Shown one piece after another: positions 25,575 through 38,584 of a stretch of DNA of 64,000 nt; position 1 is the first letter of the stretch, and every line of letters starts with the position of its first letter. The translations under genes were made by a program, and so were the position numbers. The stretch covers positions 130,572,001 through 130,636,000 of the forward strand of contig NC_043000.1 in the NCBI RefSeq assembly GCF_006345805.1. The letters are read 5' to 3'. The notes beneath the pieces were generated by a model. It saw only the letters and a program-made list of their open reading frames with translations, ran no database searches and was not told the origin of the DNA. Source of the DNA: Octopus sinensis (lineage: Eukaryota).

Positions 25575-25575
25575 C
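24430..25575. repeat. (TA)n and (GATA)n/(GGTA)n microsatellite blocks
   Basis: Visible directly at 24430-24735 and 25170-25575. Confidence 0.95.
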
Positions 25576-26189
25576 GTGGATGTATATATAAGTGCAAGTG
25601 TACCTGCCGTTTCGCATCATATTCTCAGTTTAAACAGTGACGTTAAGTTTTTCCAGTTTGTAAAATGTTCCCGTAGAAATTGTCACTTGTAATTCAGGAG
25701 ATTTCTTCCGTGTTACCCACAGCGTGAATATAGTTGAGAAATATCACCTTCAACTATACCAACAGAGCAAGTCTTTGAAACTAAATCAATGGAAAGTTGA
25801 ACGCTTTATTTGATTTGCAGAACAGAACCCGGAATCTTATGTAAGAAAATTGTAAAGAAAATCGATCGGAAGAATCAAATACTGATCAAAATCTGCTTTT
25901 ATATCAAAGTTCCTTAATTGTTTGTCTCCTTAACGGTGTATTTTTCTTTTCCTTCCTTTGCATAAATACAAGTTTTAAGAATTAAGAATGAGAATGTTGG
26001 TGCTTATAGAACTTGTATTAATGAAGTCAATCGTAAATGGAAAGTTGATTATAACTTTACTTCCCACAAAATTACGTTACGACATTTAGACTTTCTTGAC
26101 CACAAATGAGTTAATACTTGATGTCTAAGCACAAAGCTAGATTCGTTCACCACTTCTAAACACATGATAATGAACAATTATTATTATTA

Positions 26190-26233
<44 letters not shown>

Positions 26234-26248
26234 TATTATTATTATTAT

Positions 26249-26620
26249 TCAGTAGTTTTATTTTTATAACGTGTTTTCACTTCACTACCGAACGCAGCTC
26301 TGTGTGCCTTGAGTATGTGCCGTGGTTTGGTTTGATGCTCTTATGGTTACTGTATTGAAAGTGTTTTGCGTAGGATGTGTGCAGTGCCAAGTTGTGCAAT
26401 TTTCTGTATGTTATATAAATTTGTAAGCCCTGGTGTTTATATTATGTATTTTTTATCATACATAATGCGCCTACTATGATAGGAATTGTTTCTGTTTTTA
26501 GATTCCACATTCGAGTTACCTCTATTTCCAGGTCTTTGTATTTTGAAAGTTTCTCAATTTCTTTTAGAGAAACGTTGTCATCTGCTGGTATTGATACATC
26601 AATTAGAAAGCATTTTCTTT
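26249..26620 (-). mobile_element. 5'-truncated R4/Dong LINE 3' end
   Basis: Highly similar to 12018-12400, with the same 3' junction into (AAT)n. Confidence 0.88.
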
Positions 26621-26674
26621 CCTTTATTATTATTATTGTTATTATTATTATATTATTATTATTATTATTATTAC

Positions 26675-26707
<33 letters not shown>

Positions 26708-26779
26708 CAAATGTTATTCTGAAAGATTCTCGGATAGTTCTTAATTACCGGTTATTCTTTACTTGAAAGCAGGCAACAA

Positions 26780-27430
<651 letters not shown>

Positions 27431-27494
27431 GTTGTTATTATTTTCACCATCATCATCATCATCATCGTCGTCGTCGTTTTTGTTGTTGTTGTTA

Positions 27495-28170
27495 CTAGTT
27501 GAATTACCCGGCATTGCCCGAGTTACAGCCGCTCTTATTCAGATTATTAAATAATAAATATGAAGATATATTTTTGTTTCTCATAGTTATTTCAAAATAT
27601 CTATATTTTATTAAAAAGCACCCAAATTGTAATGATAATAGTATTTAGAACTGAAACTCTATGAATCTTGATTCACCACAGAGTAAACAATATTTATTGT
27701 GTAATTCTTTGTTGGTGTCCAAGTGAATAAATTGTTTCTGCTTTCAACTCGTGAGGAACCAACACAGAGTTGGCCGTGAGTGAAGCATGTAGAGATGAAG
27801 TCAAACCACTTTGAGGAATTAACCCTGAGATATTTTTTATTGAAATACCAAAACTTAGTTTGACTGGAAACTGAAGCCTCTTAAATTCAAATGGAAAATC
27901 TCTAGGTATGAGAGGAATTTTGGAATAAAGACGTATTCTCCTTTGTGAATACCTGTTATGATTATTGCCTGTAGGACATGGTGTTTCGTGGAAGTATCAG
28001 TTAAGCGAGTTCCATTACATAGGTGAGGTAGGTCATGATTCCTAAACAACATAATGGGAGCATCCAGCTTTAGTGTCAATTCATGCGGTGGCATCCCAAT
28101 GGGTTTAAAGTGTGTTCAGAAATTCGACAGAGTATTGAACAGCCAAACCTTCATCGACTATTGCAGTTTT
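27495..28170 (-). mobile_element. Helitron 3' fragment with a PIF1-like helicase remnant
   Basis: PPHELTLKLDAPIMLFRN...LCNGTRL and SHGQLCVGSSRV (compare HGQLYVALSRV). The 3' end has the hairpin CGGGCAATGCCGGG followed by CTAG and then a T. Confidence 0.85.
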
Positions 28171-28488
28171 GAAGTATCTTAAGGGCTTTTATCCCATATT
28201 GGCTGCATTACACTTCACATGAACTAAAAACCCGTTAAGATACTACAAAACTACGATATTTTCACCGATTTCCCAGTCATGATTAGAAAAAACCCGAAAC
28301 CGGTAGAAAAAATATTCTATCCTATAAAAAATATATAAATTGAGTACATTTACATTCTTTTGATATATTTTTTACTACATCTCCTCACGTGGGATTTCAA
28401 CGAAACTCCTCAGCTTATCTATACAAAGTTTAAGACTACAGTTGAAAAGTTAAAACGCCATGTTGGCTTATAGTTTTCATCATCTATA

Positions 28489-28653
28489 GGCGCAGGAGTG
28501 GCTGTGTGGTAAGTAGCTTGTTTACCAACCACATGGTTCCGAGTTCAGTCCCACTGCGTGGCACTTTGGGCAAGTATCTTCTACTATAGCCTCGGGCCGA
28601 CCAAAGCCTTGTGAGTGGGTTTGGTAGACGGAAACTGAAAGAAGCCCGTCGTA

Positions 28654-28703
<50 letters not shown>

Positions 28704-28928
28704 TATATATATACGTGTGTGTGTTTGTGTGAGTGTGTTTTGTCTCCTAGCATTGCTTGACAACCGATGCTGGTGTGTTTATGTCCCCGTTACTTAGCGG
28801 TTCGGCAAAAGAGACCGATAGAATAAGTACTGGGCTTACAAAAGAATAAGTCCCGGGGTCGAGTTACTCGATTAAAGGCGGTGCTCCAGCATGGCAGCAG
28901 TCAAATGACTGAAACAAGTAAAAGAGTA
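28489..28928 (+). mobile_element. SINE family B, full length
   Basis: GGCGCAGGAGTGGCTGTGTGGTAAG head, internal (TA)n/(TG)n, and conserved tail. Confidence 0.88.
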
Positions 28929-29324
28929 CCCTGTTTGTTGCCTGGTGTATTCTACTGATGTTCACCAGTGTTTTATATTCCATGATTATTCTGACTTAAT
29001 CTGTATTCGGTTATAGAATATATTGTGCTCCATATGTACTCGTATTATATCTTCGCTTGTTATGTGATTCATTATAGTTTTTCGTGTTCTGTATCACTGT
29101 TAGTTTTCTCTTACACATTTCTCATGTATAAGTTCCTTTTCAAATAAGTTTATTCGGTTTCGTATTTTTACAAATTTCTCTTCCGGTGCTTATTAATTTT
29201 AAGATACTCATTCGTGCCCGAATCTCAAGATTACTTTCCCTACAGATACGGGACGCCGAGACTGTAGCGCATTAATTTGTACGTAAAAAAAAACGTTTTT
29301 GTAGCCTTCAAGTATTTGGCCTTA

Positions 29325-29528
29325 AGGCGGCGAGCTGGCAGAAACGTTAGCACGCCGGGCGAGATGCTTAGCTGTATTTCGTCTCCCGAGGTCAACTTTG
29401 CCATTCATCCTTTTGGGGTCGATAAATTAAGTACCAGTTACGCACTGGGGTCGATGTAATCGATTTAATGCCTTTGTCTGTCCTTGTTTGTCCCCTCTAT
29501 GTTTAGCTCCTTGTGGACAATAAAAAAA
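29325..29528 (+). mobile_element. SINE family A with the B-box region deleted
   Basis: GGCGGCGAGCTGGCAGAAACGTTAGCACGCCGGGCG head and an A-rich tail. Confidence 0.8.
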
Positions 29529-31078
29529 AATTATTGTTTGGCCAATTCGTTTGTATGTATTAATGTTATTCTGACATAAGGAAACAGTGAGAATCCGCTT
29601 GTGATACAGTTTCATTGCTTAAGTTACATTACTGAATAGGCTTCATGTATATTTATTGATTCCAAAGATTTCGGGGTTTGTATTGCCATAATACAAACAT
29701 ATGAATAAAATGTTTATACACTATACAACTTTAACTGGTATTTTTAATAAATTGTAAACGTTCTTAAAAAACAGAGTAGTGGTCTTTTTTGCAAAGGCCG
29801 AGTAAACAAACAACATGAGAGAAATTAATAGAAAAATTAACACTTAACGTATGTCTTTGACTAAGTGTAGAATGCCTTTGATAATCTTTTCAAATTTTTG
29901 TTGCCATTTGTAAGTTTATAACAGGATTTTGAAAAAGACTGTTTTTCTTTGAAGTTTGAAACATACTTAAAAAACAACATCGAGTGAAGAGCGGTTTTTT
30001 AATTTTTAATCTTATAAATGTTAATATTAACAGCAGATTTCGTGGTAATTTTATCAATTTCTATGTCCACCACAATATATCCACTTCCTTACACGATTTT
30101 CGTCGTTTTTCTTCTCTTTGTTACTTGTTTTGTTGGTAAATTCATTATGCTAATTTCTGTTTTTCTTCTGAAATACGAAATATTTTTCTTTTAGTTTTGT
30201 AATTTTCTGATTATTATCATCACTCGCACCATCATCTTGTTGTCGTGTTGCTTAGCACTAGATCAAACCTCTTTCACATGACTTGTGTTTAAAAGTCATT
30301 TTCCCTGTGATAATCATGTGTTTTCCAAAGCATCGTACAAACGAGCACATTATTCCTAGGAGAGGTTTAACTGTTATTCCTATGCCGGGCGACTGCATAG
30401 AAGGTCACATAGTCGGATATCAGCGTTTATCTTCCCTTTGCTTTTGCAGACCTACAGGTAAATGCGAACTCAGGACCTCAAGACAATGATAACGTTAATT
30501 AATAGCGTATTCAGATTTTATATCAATGTTTTAAAATTCTTCAGGATAGATATTCGCAGCTACATGATGTGCGATAACAAGAGTTGTCATAGTGAGGTAT
30601 TCACCAATCACAAGAGAGGTCAGCATGTGATCTCTTAGAATGGACATATTCAGCTGCGTTTCTACAATAATTAGCGTTTAAGTTCCTTTGTTGAATCTGT
30701 CAAGCTGCCGAATATCTATGTGCAAAATAATAATTGGTTGTTTAAGACTACGAACGCAATAATTTTCTCTAAGTTATATTTATGTTTATGTTCCACTAAC
30801 ATTTCGCTCTCTCACTTATTACCATAAATTCACACATCCATCACGAATTCGAATAAAACCAAAGGTGAGGTATCGGTAAACGGTACTCAACTTCAACCAG
30901 TCTACTTAGAAGGAATATCAGTAGAATTTGTTCTGCGAGAACTACCTTGTAACAACACGACATATATTCATGTAAAGATTTTTCACACTATCACTATCAC
31001 TTAAAGTATAAAACATAGATTTAAGTGCCAGATCTGGGGAAATAACGGTGCATATTAAATATTGTTTCAATATATATA

Positions 31079-31112
<34 letters not shown>

Positions 31113-31277
31113 GGGAGAGAGAGAGAGAAAGGGGGAGGGAGATAAAGACAGATTGTTTTCTGCACACTCTGATTTATTCTTAGCGTTAGCACAGACATAC
31201 ATATATTCAACAATGAATCTAGTCATTCTTGTAGTGGCCAGTTATAAACTGATGACATTATTATACGGATTAAAGAA

Positions 31278-32520
31278 GGCGGCGAGCTGGCAGAATCGTT
31301 AACATGCCGGGCAAAGTACTTAACAGTATTTCGTCCGTCCTTACATTCTGAGTTCAAATTCCACCGAGGTCGACTCTGCCTTTCATCGTTTCGGAGTCGA
31401 TAAATTAAGCACTAGTGAAGCACTGGGATTAGTGTTGTAGCGTAGAATCGGGTGAAAATATATACATGTATTCGAACGTAGCAGGGAACATCTAGCCTTT
31501 GGTCGCTATTTGGATCATGTTGTGTCCATTACTGCGATTGGTTGATATTGGCGCAATTTGTTTTCTACTCTGTTGTGCCAACATGCTGCGTATAACCAGT
31601 TAGAGGCTCTAAATGGGACCACGTGGAACAGCCTATTTACTAACTTGTTTTAGCCTACAGCTCCTTATAAAAGTTCAGCTTTTCCTTGCTCCGGGGTCTT
31701 TGGTTCCAGACCTCTTAAGGTCTAGCCACTGACCACAAACACACAGTCTGTTCCAACGATAACACTACCACAGCAGCTACATTGAGAATTACCAACTTCG
31801 TCCAACAGTATTTCTGCAACCTCCGTCTTCGTCACCAACATCATGTCCTTCTTAACGTCGTCAACATCATCTCTCTACGTACACAGCTCAGTAAGCAACT
31901 CACCCAGGTTCCAACAGTTCACTATTTGTGAATTATTTCACTTTGGATCAACAGCGAATGTACAACCTGCATGAACTCCTGTACAAGTGACCCAGGCAGC
32001 AGCATCCCAGCTACGACTTCATGTACGGCATGTACTTGTAACCGACCCAGCCTCATTGTTGCGACTTTTTGATACAGTTCTTTAACTACTGTGTACGACT
32101 GACTACGAACTGGTATTACCTTCCTTGTGTCTATGAACTTACTTCTCACTTCGGTGGCCTATGGACACTTTCACTTCTTATCGCGATCCTTGAATGTACT
32201 TAATACACGTGCATACATCTATGACTACACACATACCTTTTGTTCTCATGACGGTCTGTCTATTATTCTGTATACATGACGCACACAGAGGCATACATGA
32301 TAACATATCAATAAATGTTCTCTTAATCATTTTTATGCAGTTGTGTCGCTTTCCCTCTGGTATTTATTTATTCTATTCAATTTCTCTTTATTACAATCGC
32401 TGCGTGGTGTGGTACCAAAGAGCCATTCTCGGCACCTCACATCGCAATACCCTTACAGTATAATCGACTAGCCTCCTAACCCAAATTTCAGGCTTTGTGC
32501 TTTAGTAGGAAGGATTATTA
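31278..32520 (+). mobile_element. SINE family A split by a solo LTR
   Basis: Head and body at 31278-31435. The sequence resumes at about 32458 with TAATCGACTAG...AAATTTCAGGCTTTGTGC. Confidence 0.75.
31436..32457 (+). mobile_element. Solo LTR of about 1.02 kb, probably Ty3/Gypsy type
   Basis: Ends TGTAG...TTACA. 4-bp flanks GTGT/GTAT match at 3 of 4 positions. TATAAAAG at about 31666 and AATAAA at about 32310. It interrupts a SINE cleanly. Confidence 0.7.
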
Positions 32521-32530
32521 TACAGATTAA

Positions 32531-33290
32531 AGGCGGCGAGCTGGCAGAGATGTTAGCAGGCCAGGCAAAATGCTTACCGGCATTAGCCCCATCCGAACAT
32601 TTTGAGATTATATTCCACCGAGGCGCGTTCGATTAAATAAGTACCATTTACGCACTGGAATCGATGTAATAGAATCCCCCATCCCGCGCAAATTTCAGGC
32701 CTTGTGCCTATAGTAGAAAGGATTATTATACAAAAGCATCATGCCCATGTTCTTTACCATTGAAGAAAAGAAGAAAGAGATACATAAAATAAATTTGTAA
32801 ATTGCCACACTGTTATATACGGTTATTATAATACTTGCTAAAAAGGGGACGAGCTGGCAAAACCATTAGTGGCATTTTTTCTGGCTTTACTTTGAGCTCA
32901 AATTCCGCCGCATCCGGCTTTGCTTTTCATCCTTTCGGGCTCGATGACATAATTACTAGTTAAATACTGGGGTCAGTGCAATCGACTAGCCCCCTCCTCC
33001 AAAATAAAATTTAGGGCATTGTACCAATTACAGGAAGAACTATAATATCCACCGAAGGTGGCGAGCTGGCAGAAACGTTAGCACGCCGGCCGAAATGCTT
33101 ATCGATATTTCGTCTGCCGCTACGTTCTGAGTTCAAATTCCGTCGAGGTCAGCTATGCCTTTCATCCTTTCGGAGTCGATAAATTAAGTACCAGCTACAC
33201 ACTGGGGTCGATGTAATCGACTTAATCCGTTTGTCTGTCCTTGTTTGTCCCCTCTATGTTTAGCCCCTTGTGGGCAATAAAGAAATAAGA
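32531..33290 (+). mobile_element. Three consecutive SINE family A copies (about 32531, 32848 and 33057)
   Basis: Repeated GAGCTGGCA heads. The 33057 copy is flanked by ATATC(C/T)ACCGAA. Confidence 0.8.
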
Positions 33291-33680
33291 ATTATATCTA
33301 CCGAATGTTTTTGTGTAAGAGACTGGGTAGTAATTCAAATCTGTTGTCTCGCGTTACAGTATCCTCTACAGCATGCATACGTTTCGCGGAGTCAATTCCA
33401 TTCAGATTCATTTCCGTTGAGAGAATAACTCAATGTCTCTTTGTGATGCAACTCATGGATGCTTATGTTTTTCTCCTTTTTCTTCCTCTCCCAATTCCGG
33501 TAGCCCTGCTAAGATTATGGGGTTGCCTTTCCTCCTCTTTCTAATCCATGAAGAAAATTTACACTGTACTGCAATTTGTTAGAGCGATATTAATTCGGTA
33601 AACAAAATTCCTTAATATCAGGATTCCGAACCAGAAGTTTGTTTCCATTAAAAATGCGACCAATATCATACAGTCTGTAA

Positions 33681-33891
33681 GGTGGCGAGCTGGCAGAATC
33701 GTTAGCACGCCAGACGAAATGCTGGCTGGTATTTCGTCTGTCTTTACGTTCTCAGTTCAAATTCCGCCGTGGTCGACTTTGCCTTTCATCCTTTCGGCGT
33801 CGATAAATTAAGTACCAGTTGCATACTAGGGTCGACCTAATCGACTGTCCCCTCCCCACAAATTTCGGGCCTTGCGCCTAGAGTAGAAAAG
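33681..33891 (+). mobile_element. SINE family A with a perfect 19-bp TSD
   Basis: AATATCATACAGTCTGTAA at 33662-33680 and again at 33892-33910. Confidence 0.92.
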
Positions 33892-34983
33892 AATATCATA
33901 CAGTCTGTAATTTGTATTTAAAGACAGAGGAAATTGGATTAAATTTTAGAGTATAAAGAATGTTATTTGCCTACTATCACTGATAACAAACATTACAATT
34001 TTAGTGCATTTTCACTGGCCAGAATAAAAATAAACTCTAAAGAAGCATTTTCATCAATTTCAGTGTGTGACATCTTTCGTAAACTCTACATAACCAAATT
34101 ACTTACAAAAATGTAGAAAAATATTCTGAAATTTCTTCACCTTTGTAAAGAACTAAAAGAATTGTTTATCTATGAAGGGAAGCTTGCTCACAGAAATAGT
34201 TCTCGCGATTCATCTTACTCAAGAGTTCTCATCATAATTTCGACTTCAATATCTAACCACACTTTCACAATATCATCTACTGCAGTAGACGTGTCTTTTA
34301 AATTATGTTTAAAAGCTTGTGTTAGAACAACCTACAACCATGTTACTTATTAGCATCAATATTGCTTATTTCCTCTTTTAATTATACTATTGGTAATAAT
34401 CTTTTTGCAGTGATAATTTCTGTTTTCACACTACCTTTGAAGAAGCAATGCTGAACAGATTTTGATCTACGGTTTATGACAGAAAAATCTAATATTCTCT
34501 AAATGTAATATACTACTTTTTAAACAAATCAGCCAGATTTTAATATAATTCGATTCTTTGTTTAGATTTATCAAATTTCAAGAAATAATTAGTTTTAACA
34601 TTATTAAAAAATACTTCAAATACTATCCACGAGATGCTGGAAGTAACAACAATGCAACTATAAATTGAAATTTTCAGTGTCATATCATGTTAAGGTAAGA
34701 TTTATATATTTAAACCTGAAATCTAGCAAACAAAAGAACAGGGAATTTTTATGATGATGGCTGCTAGACTGCTGCAGTATCATGATTCGTTATGATAACG
34801 TTTCACAAGCAAGAAATAACATGTGGAGGCATGTCTATGAAATGGCACTAAGCAATAACTATGAGAATCATTAAATTGCTATCCTATAAATTCATACATA
34901 AATACTTACATGCATATGTGTATGTGTGTGTCTGTATAAATGCATGTATGCATATGTACATGTATACATATGTGTGTGTGAGA

Positions 34984-35021
<38 letters not shown>

Positions 35022-35252
35022 CGAGAGAGAGAATGTGATTAATCCAAACAAGTGGAGCAATAGAAGTAATAAAGTTGTAAATGCACACAGAATAAAGTAG
35101 AATTAATTAGAATTTAATTACATTTTAGGCTACATGAATGCACTTGACCAGTTTCACAACAGATTTTTGAAAAGTGCATAGTCTCGTGTATTGTGTCACG
35201 AATTATGTCGATTATGGTCGTTGTTATATGTATATATATTATCATTGCTATT

Positions 35253-35347
<95 letters not shown>

Positions 35348-35350
35348 CAT

Positions 35351-35678
35351 TCAGTAGTTTTATTTTTATAGCGTGCTTTCACTTCACTACCGAGTGCAGC
35401 TCTGTGTGCCTTGGGTATGTGCTGTGATTTGTTGTGATGCTCTGATGGTTATTGTATGGAAAGTGTTCTGCGTAGGATGTGTGCAGTGCCTAGTAGTGCA
35501 ATTTTCTGTATGTTATATGTGTTTGTAAGTCCTGGTGTTTTTGTTATGTATTTGTCTGAATATTTTTTTATCATGCCTAATGCACCTACTATGATAGGAA
35601 TTGTTTCTGTTTTTAGATTCCACATTCGAGTTACCTCTATTTCCAGGTCTTTGTATTTTGAAAGTTTCTCCATTTCTT
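35351..35678 (-). mobile_element. R4/Dong LINE 3' end
   Basis: Near-identical to 12018-12345 and encodes EMEKLSKYKDL...LGTAHILRRTLSIQ*. The 3' end abuts (AAT)n. Confidence 0.9.
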
Positions 35679-36009
35679 GAAGGAGTTGAGAAAAAAGAAA
35701 ACTGCCCCTTCCCACAAATCTGGTGACTGTTGAAGATTTGTCTCCCCTTCCCTCCGTTACTGGCAATAATACAGGAGAAGTGGAGGAGAAAAATGAGACT
35801 GGAAGCGGCAGCAGCAATAGTAGTAGTGGTAGCAACAACAACAATGAAATAGATAGCAACAGCAGCAATGGCAACAACAACAATAGCAAAAGTGGCAACA
35901 GCAATGAAATGTTGACCCAGACATGGAAATTGATTAAGCAAGAACAAGCCTGGGCCAACCTAATTATTTCGGTCAGAGGCAATTGAAGCAGTGAAGAGAA
36001 GAACGGTGC

Positions 36010-37383
36010 TTGTCAGACGCATCTCAACGGAGACGAAAAGGGTGGCTTTAATAGCCCAAGTAGATATTGAAGCGGCGCTGAGGTGCATCAGAGATGAAAC
36101 CGGGTACATAGCACCATTTAGGTGCTGTTTAAGTCAGAAGCCCTCGCTACGAAACATTCTGTTAAAGGCAGATAATTTCAGCCGAAATTCAGGATGCCCT
36201 TGTCGGCTGCACGAAACGCAAGCCACCTGGTTTAGATGGTCTGCCCCTACGAACTTTACGTAAATATGCCTGACTTGTTCTCCGATCACCTCGAAGCGTT
36301 CTACTGTAACTGGCAGCGGAACGGGAGTATACCCGGTTCTGTGAGCCGGGGCGTAGTGACTATGGAAAGGAAAGACGAAAACAAGAGGGGCACATTAGAT
36401 AACTTCAGGCCCATAACTCTGCTTAACACAGAGTTCAAGATTTTGACCAAGGTGTCAGCGAGGAAGTTGCCGCTTGTCGTCTATAATTTGGTCAGGGAGG
36501 TGCAAACGTGCACAATCCCGACCAGGTGACAAGCTCCACCTCATGCTGTACATCATACAAAGAGTAGGGTGTAAACCTGGCTTCGGTGGGGCGCTGATCA
36601 ATTTAGAGTAATCGAAAGCATTCGATAGGGTCGATCATCGGTATCTTGAGGCTGCTTTCAAAGCAGCTGGCTTCGATACAAAATTCAGAGGTTGGATCGC
36701 TGCAATGCACAGCGGCATCAGCTTGGTGGTCAAAGTTAATGGACACTTCTCGGAACTGTTTCAAATCTCCCGATTGGCCCGTGAAGGGTGCCCGCTCTCC
36801 TCCCTTCTGTATGTATTGGCTCTGAACCCTTTAATGCGGATGCTGGAGCTGATGCAGGACTTCTCGCTCGAACCGGGACGCAGAAGGGCTGTGTCGGCTC
36901 ATGCAGAAAACATCAACGTGATGGTGTCGGATACCTCAGAAATCGTGGTGGTCGGCATATCATTGGAGGGATAAGAAAAGTTGACGGGAACAAAACTTAA
37001 CCCGATAAGGTCGGTGGGCTTGCAACCTGGCACCTGGAGAGGCAAGTCCATGCCGACTAACAGCTTCGTTGGGCGCTGAACTGACGGACCAGTAAAGTTT
37101 CTTGGGGCTTGGTTCGGACCAGACCTCCAGGTAGATAAGAAATGTGACGAGGTAACAAGCAGGGTAGCCAGTCCCACCCAGAAATGGCCTGCGAGGACGC
37201 TGTCACTGAAAGGTCGGGCGGAGGTGGTGAATGCGTACATTGCATCGGTCATCTACAACCGCTTGACCGTCGTGCCTTGCCCCCATTCGCGCCTCATCAA
37301 GTTGGAGCTCCTTCTCTTCAAATTCTTGTGGAGGGGACAGATTCCATTGGTGAGGCGGGCCATCTGCTGCCAACACCCATCTA
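36010..37383 (+). pseudogene. L1/Tx1-clade reverse transcriptase fragment
   Basis: GLDGLPYE, NFRPITLLNTEFKIL, SKAFDRVDHRYL, GCPLSSLLYVLALNPL, SAHAEN (decayed YADD) and LSLKGRAEVVN, with stops and frameshifts. Confidence 0.85.
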
Positions 37384-37775
37384 ATTCAGTTGTGTCAATT
37401 TCTGTGTGACTTTCTTCATCTATTTGATTTTGATCTTCCTTAGTATTTAGGGCTGGTTCAGAAAGTATTTTACTTTGCTTAGCGGTTACATTGATCCTTT
37501 CCAACATTACTGCATTTTCATCAGACCTGGGTTGGCGTGTAATTATTTAATTATTTCCTCAGCAGTAGCTTCTTTAGCTGCAACCTTGTTCCTTTTATCT
37601 CTTAGTGATTGTTTAATTTGGTGAATCACTAATTCAGTTAGTAATTTCTTTTTTATAATATCCCTTCTGACGTTGGCAAGCTTGTTACTATCTATCTGGG
37701 ATCTTACTTCAGAGTGTTCTCTCTCCAGTTGAGGTAGGTTTGTTTTGTATTGGTTTTATTTGTGGGGAAATACAT
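37383..37775 (-). pseudogene. Probable N-terminal coding fragment of an R4/Dong LINE
   Basis: The minus strand reads IDSNKLANVRRDIIKKKLLTELVIHQIK, resembling the R4-clade N-terminal LADQ.R.I motif as I recall it. Confidence 0.5.
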
Positions 37776-38021
37776 GGCATATATATATATATATATATTA
37801 ATCAATTTAGGGTAGCAAAAAATTCAATAGAAATTTATCGCTACCAGCGGTCTAGTGGGAAAGAGAGGATAGTCAAAGACTATATATATAAATTCAACAA
37901 CAATTAAGGAATGGTTTTAATAGGCTATTCGGCCCACTAGAAGAAGCAGCCAGGACTCAAACCGCTAAGTAGTAGTAATTCAGAAATTAGGTGAATATTT
38001 AAAAACATTTACCCTAATTCA

Positions 38022-38117
38022 TCTTTAGACGATGCTCGTTTCAGTCTTTTTAATGGCAAACCAGCTTAATTAAATTAAATTAAGTTAATCTACCAAGGCC
38101 ACACCATCAGTAAGAAA
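38022..38117 (-). ncRNA. Degenerate hammerhead copy in the inverted arm
   Basis: Reads TCTTA-CTGATG-GTGT...AGACT-GAAAC-GAGCATC-GTC-TAAAGA. A core A is lost, and stems I-III carry indels or mismatches. Confidence 0.6.
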
Positions 38118-38485
38118 CCAGGGGAGGCGGATATACACGAGGCATCTGTATCAATGCCTTCGGAATATCTGCCCTAAAAATTTCAAAACCATCGTATTCG
38201 CGCCAACTTATCAAGTAAATATAAACTGCCGATTCAATCTCAGATTAGGTCAGAAAATCATCATTAATCAATTTAGGGTAGCAAAAATTTCAATAGAAAT
38301 TTATCGCTACCAGCGGTCTAGGGGAAAGAAGGATAGTCAAAGACTATATATATAAATTCAACAACAATTAAGGAATGGCCTTAATAGGCCATTCGGTCCA
38401 CGAATACGATGGTTTTGAAAATTTTAGGGCAGATATTCCGAAGGCATTGATACAGATGCCTCGTGTATATCCGTCTCTCCTGGTT

Positions 38486-38584
38486 TCTTTACTGATGAAG
38501 TGTGGCCTTTGGTAGATTAACTTAATTTAATTTAATTAAGCTGGTTTGCCATTAAAAACACTGAAACGATGCATCGTCTAAAGA
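38486..38584 (+). ncRNA. Type I hammerhead ribozyme
   Basis: Stem I TCTTTA/TAAAGA, core CTGATGA (38492-98), stem II AGTGT/ACACT with an extended inner hairpin, GAAA (38563-66), palindromic stem III ACGATGCATCGT, and GTC triplet with predicted cleavage after 38578. Confidence 0.85.

Noticed and set aside
35449-35982. 177-aa ORF that looks like a signal-peptide or membrane protein
   Set aside because: It is a chance fusion of a low-complexity (AGC/AAC) tract with the Dong LINE C-terminus.
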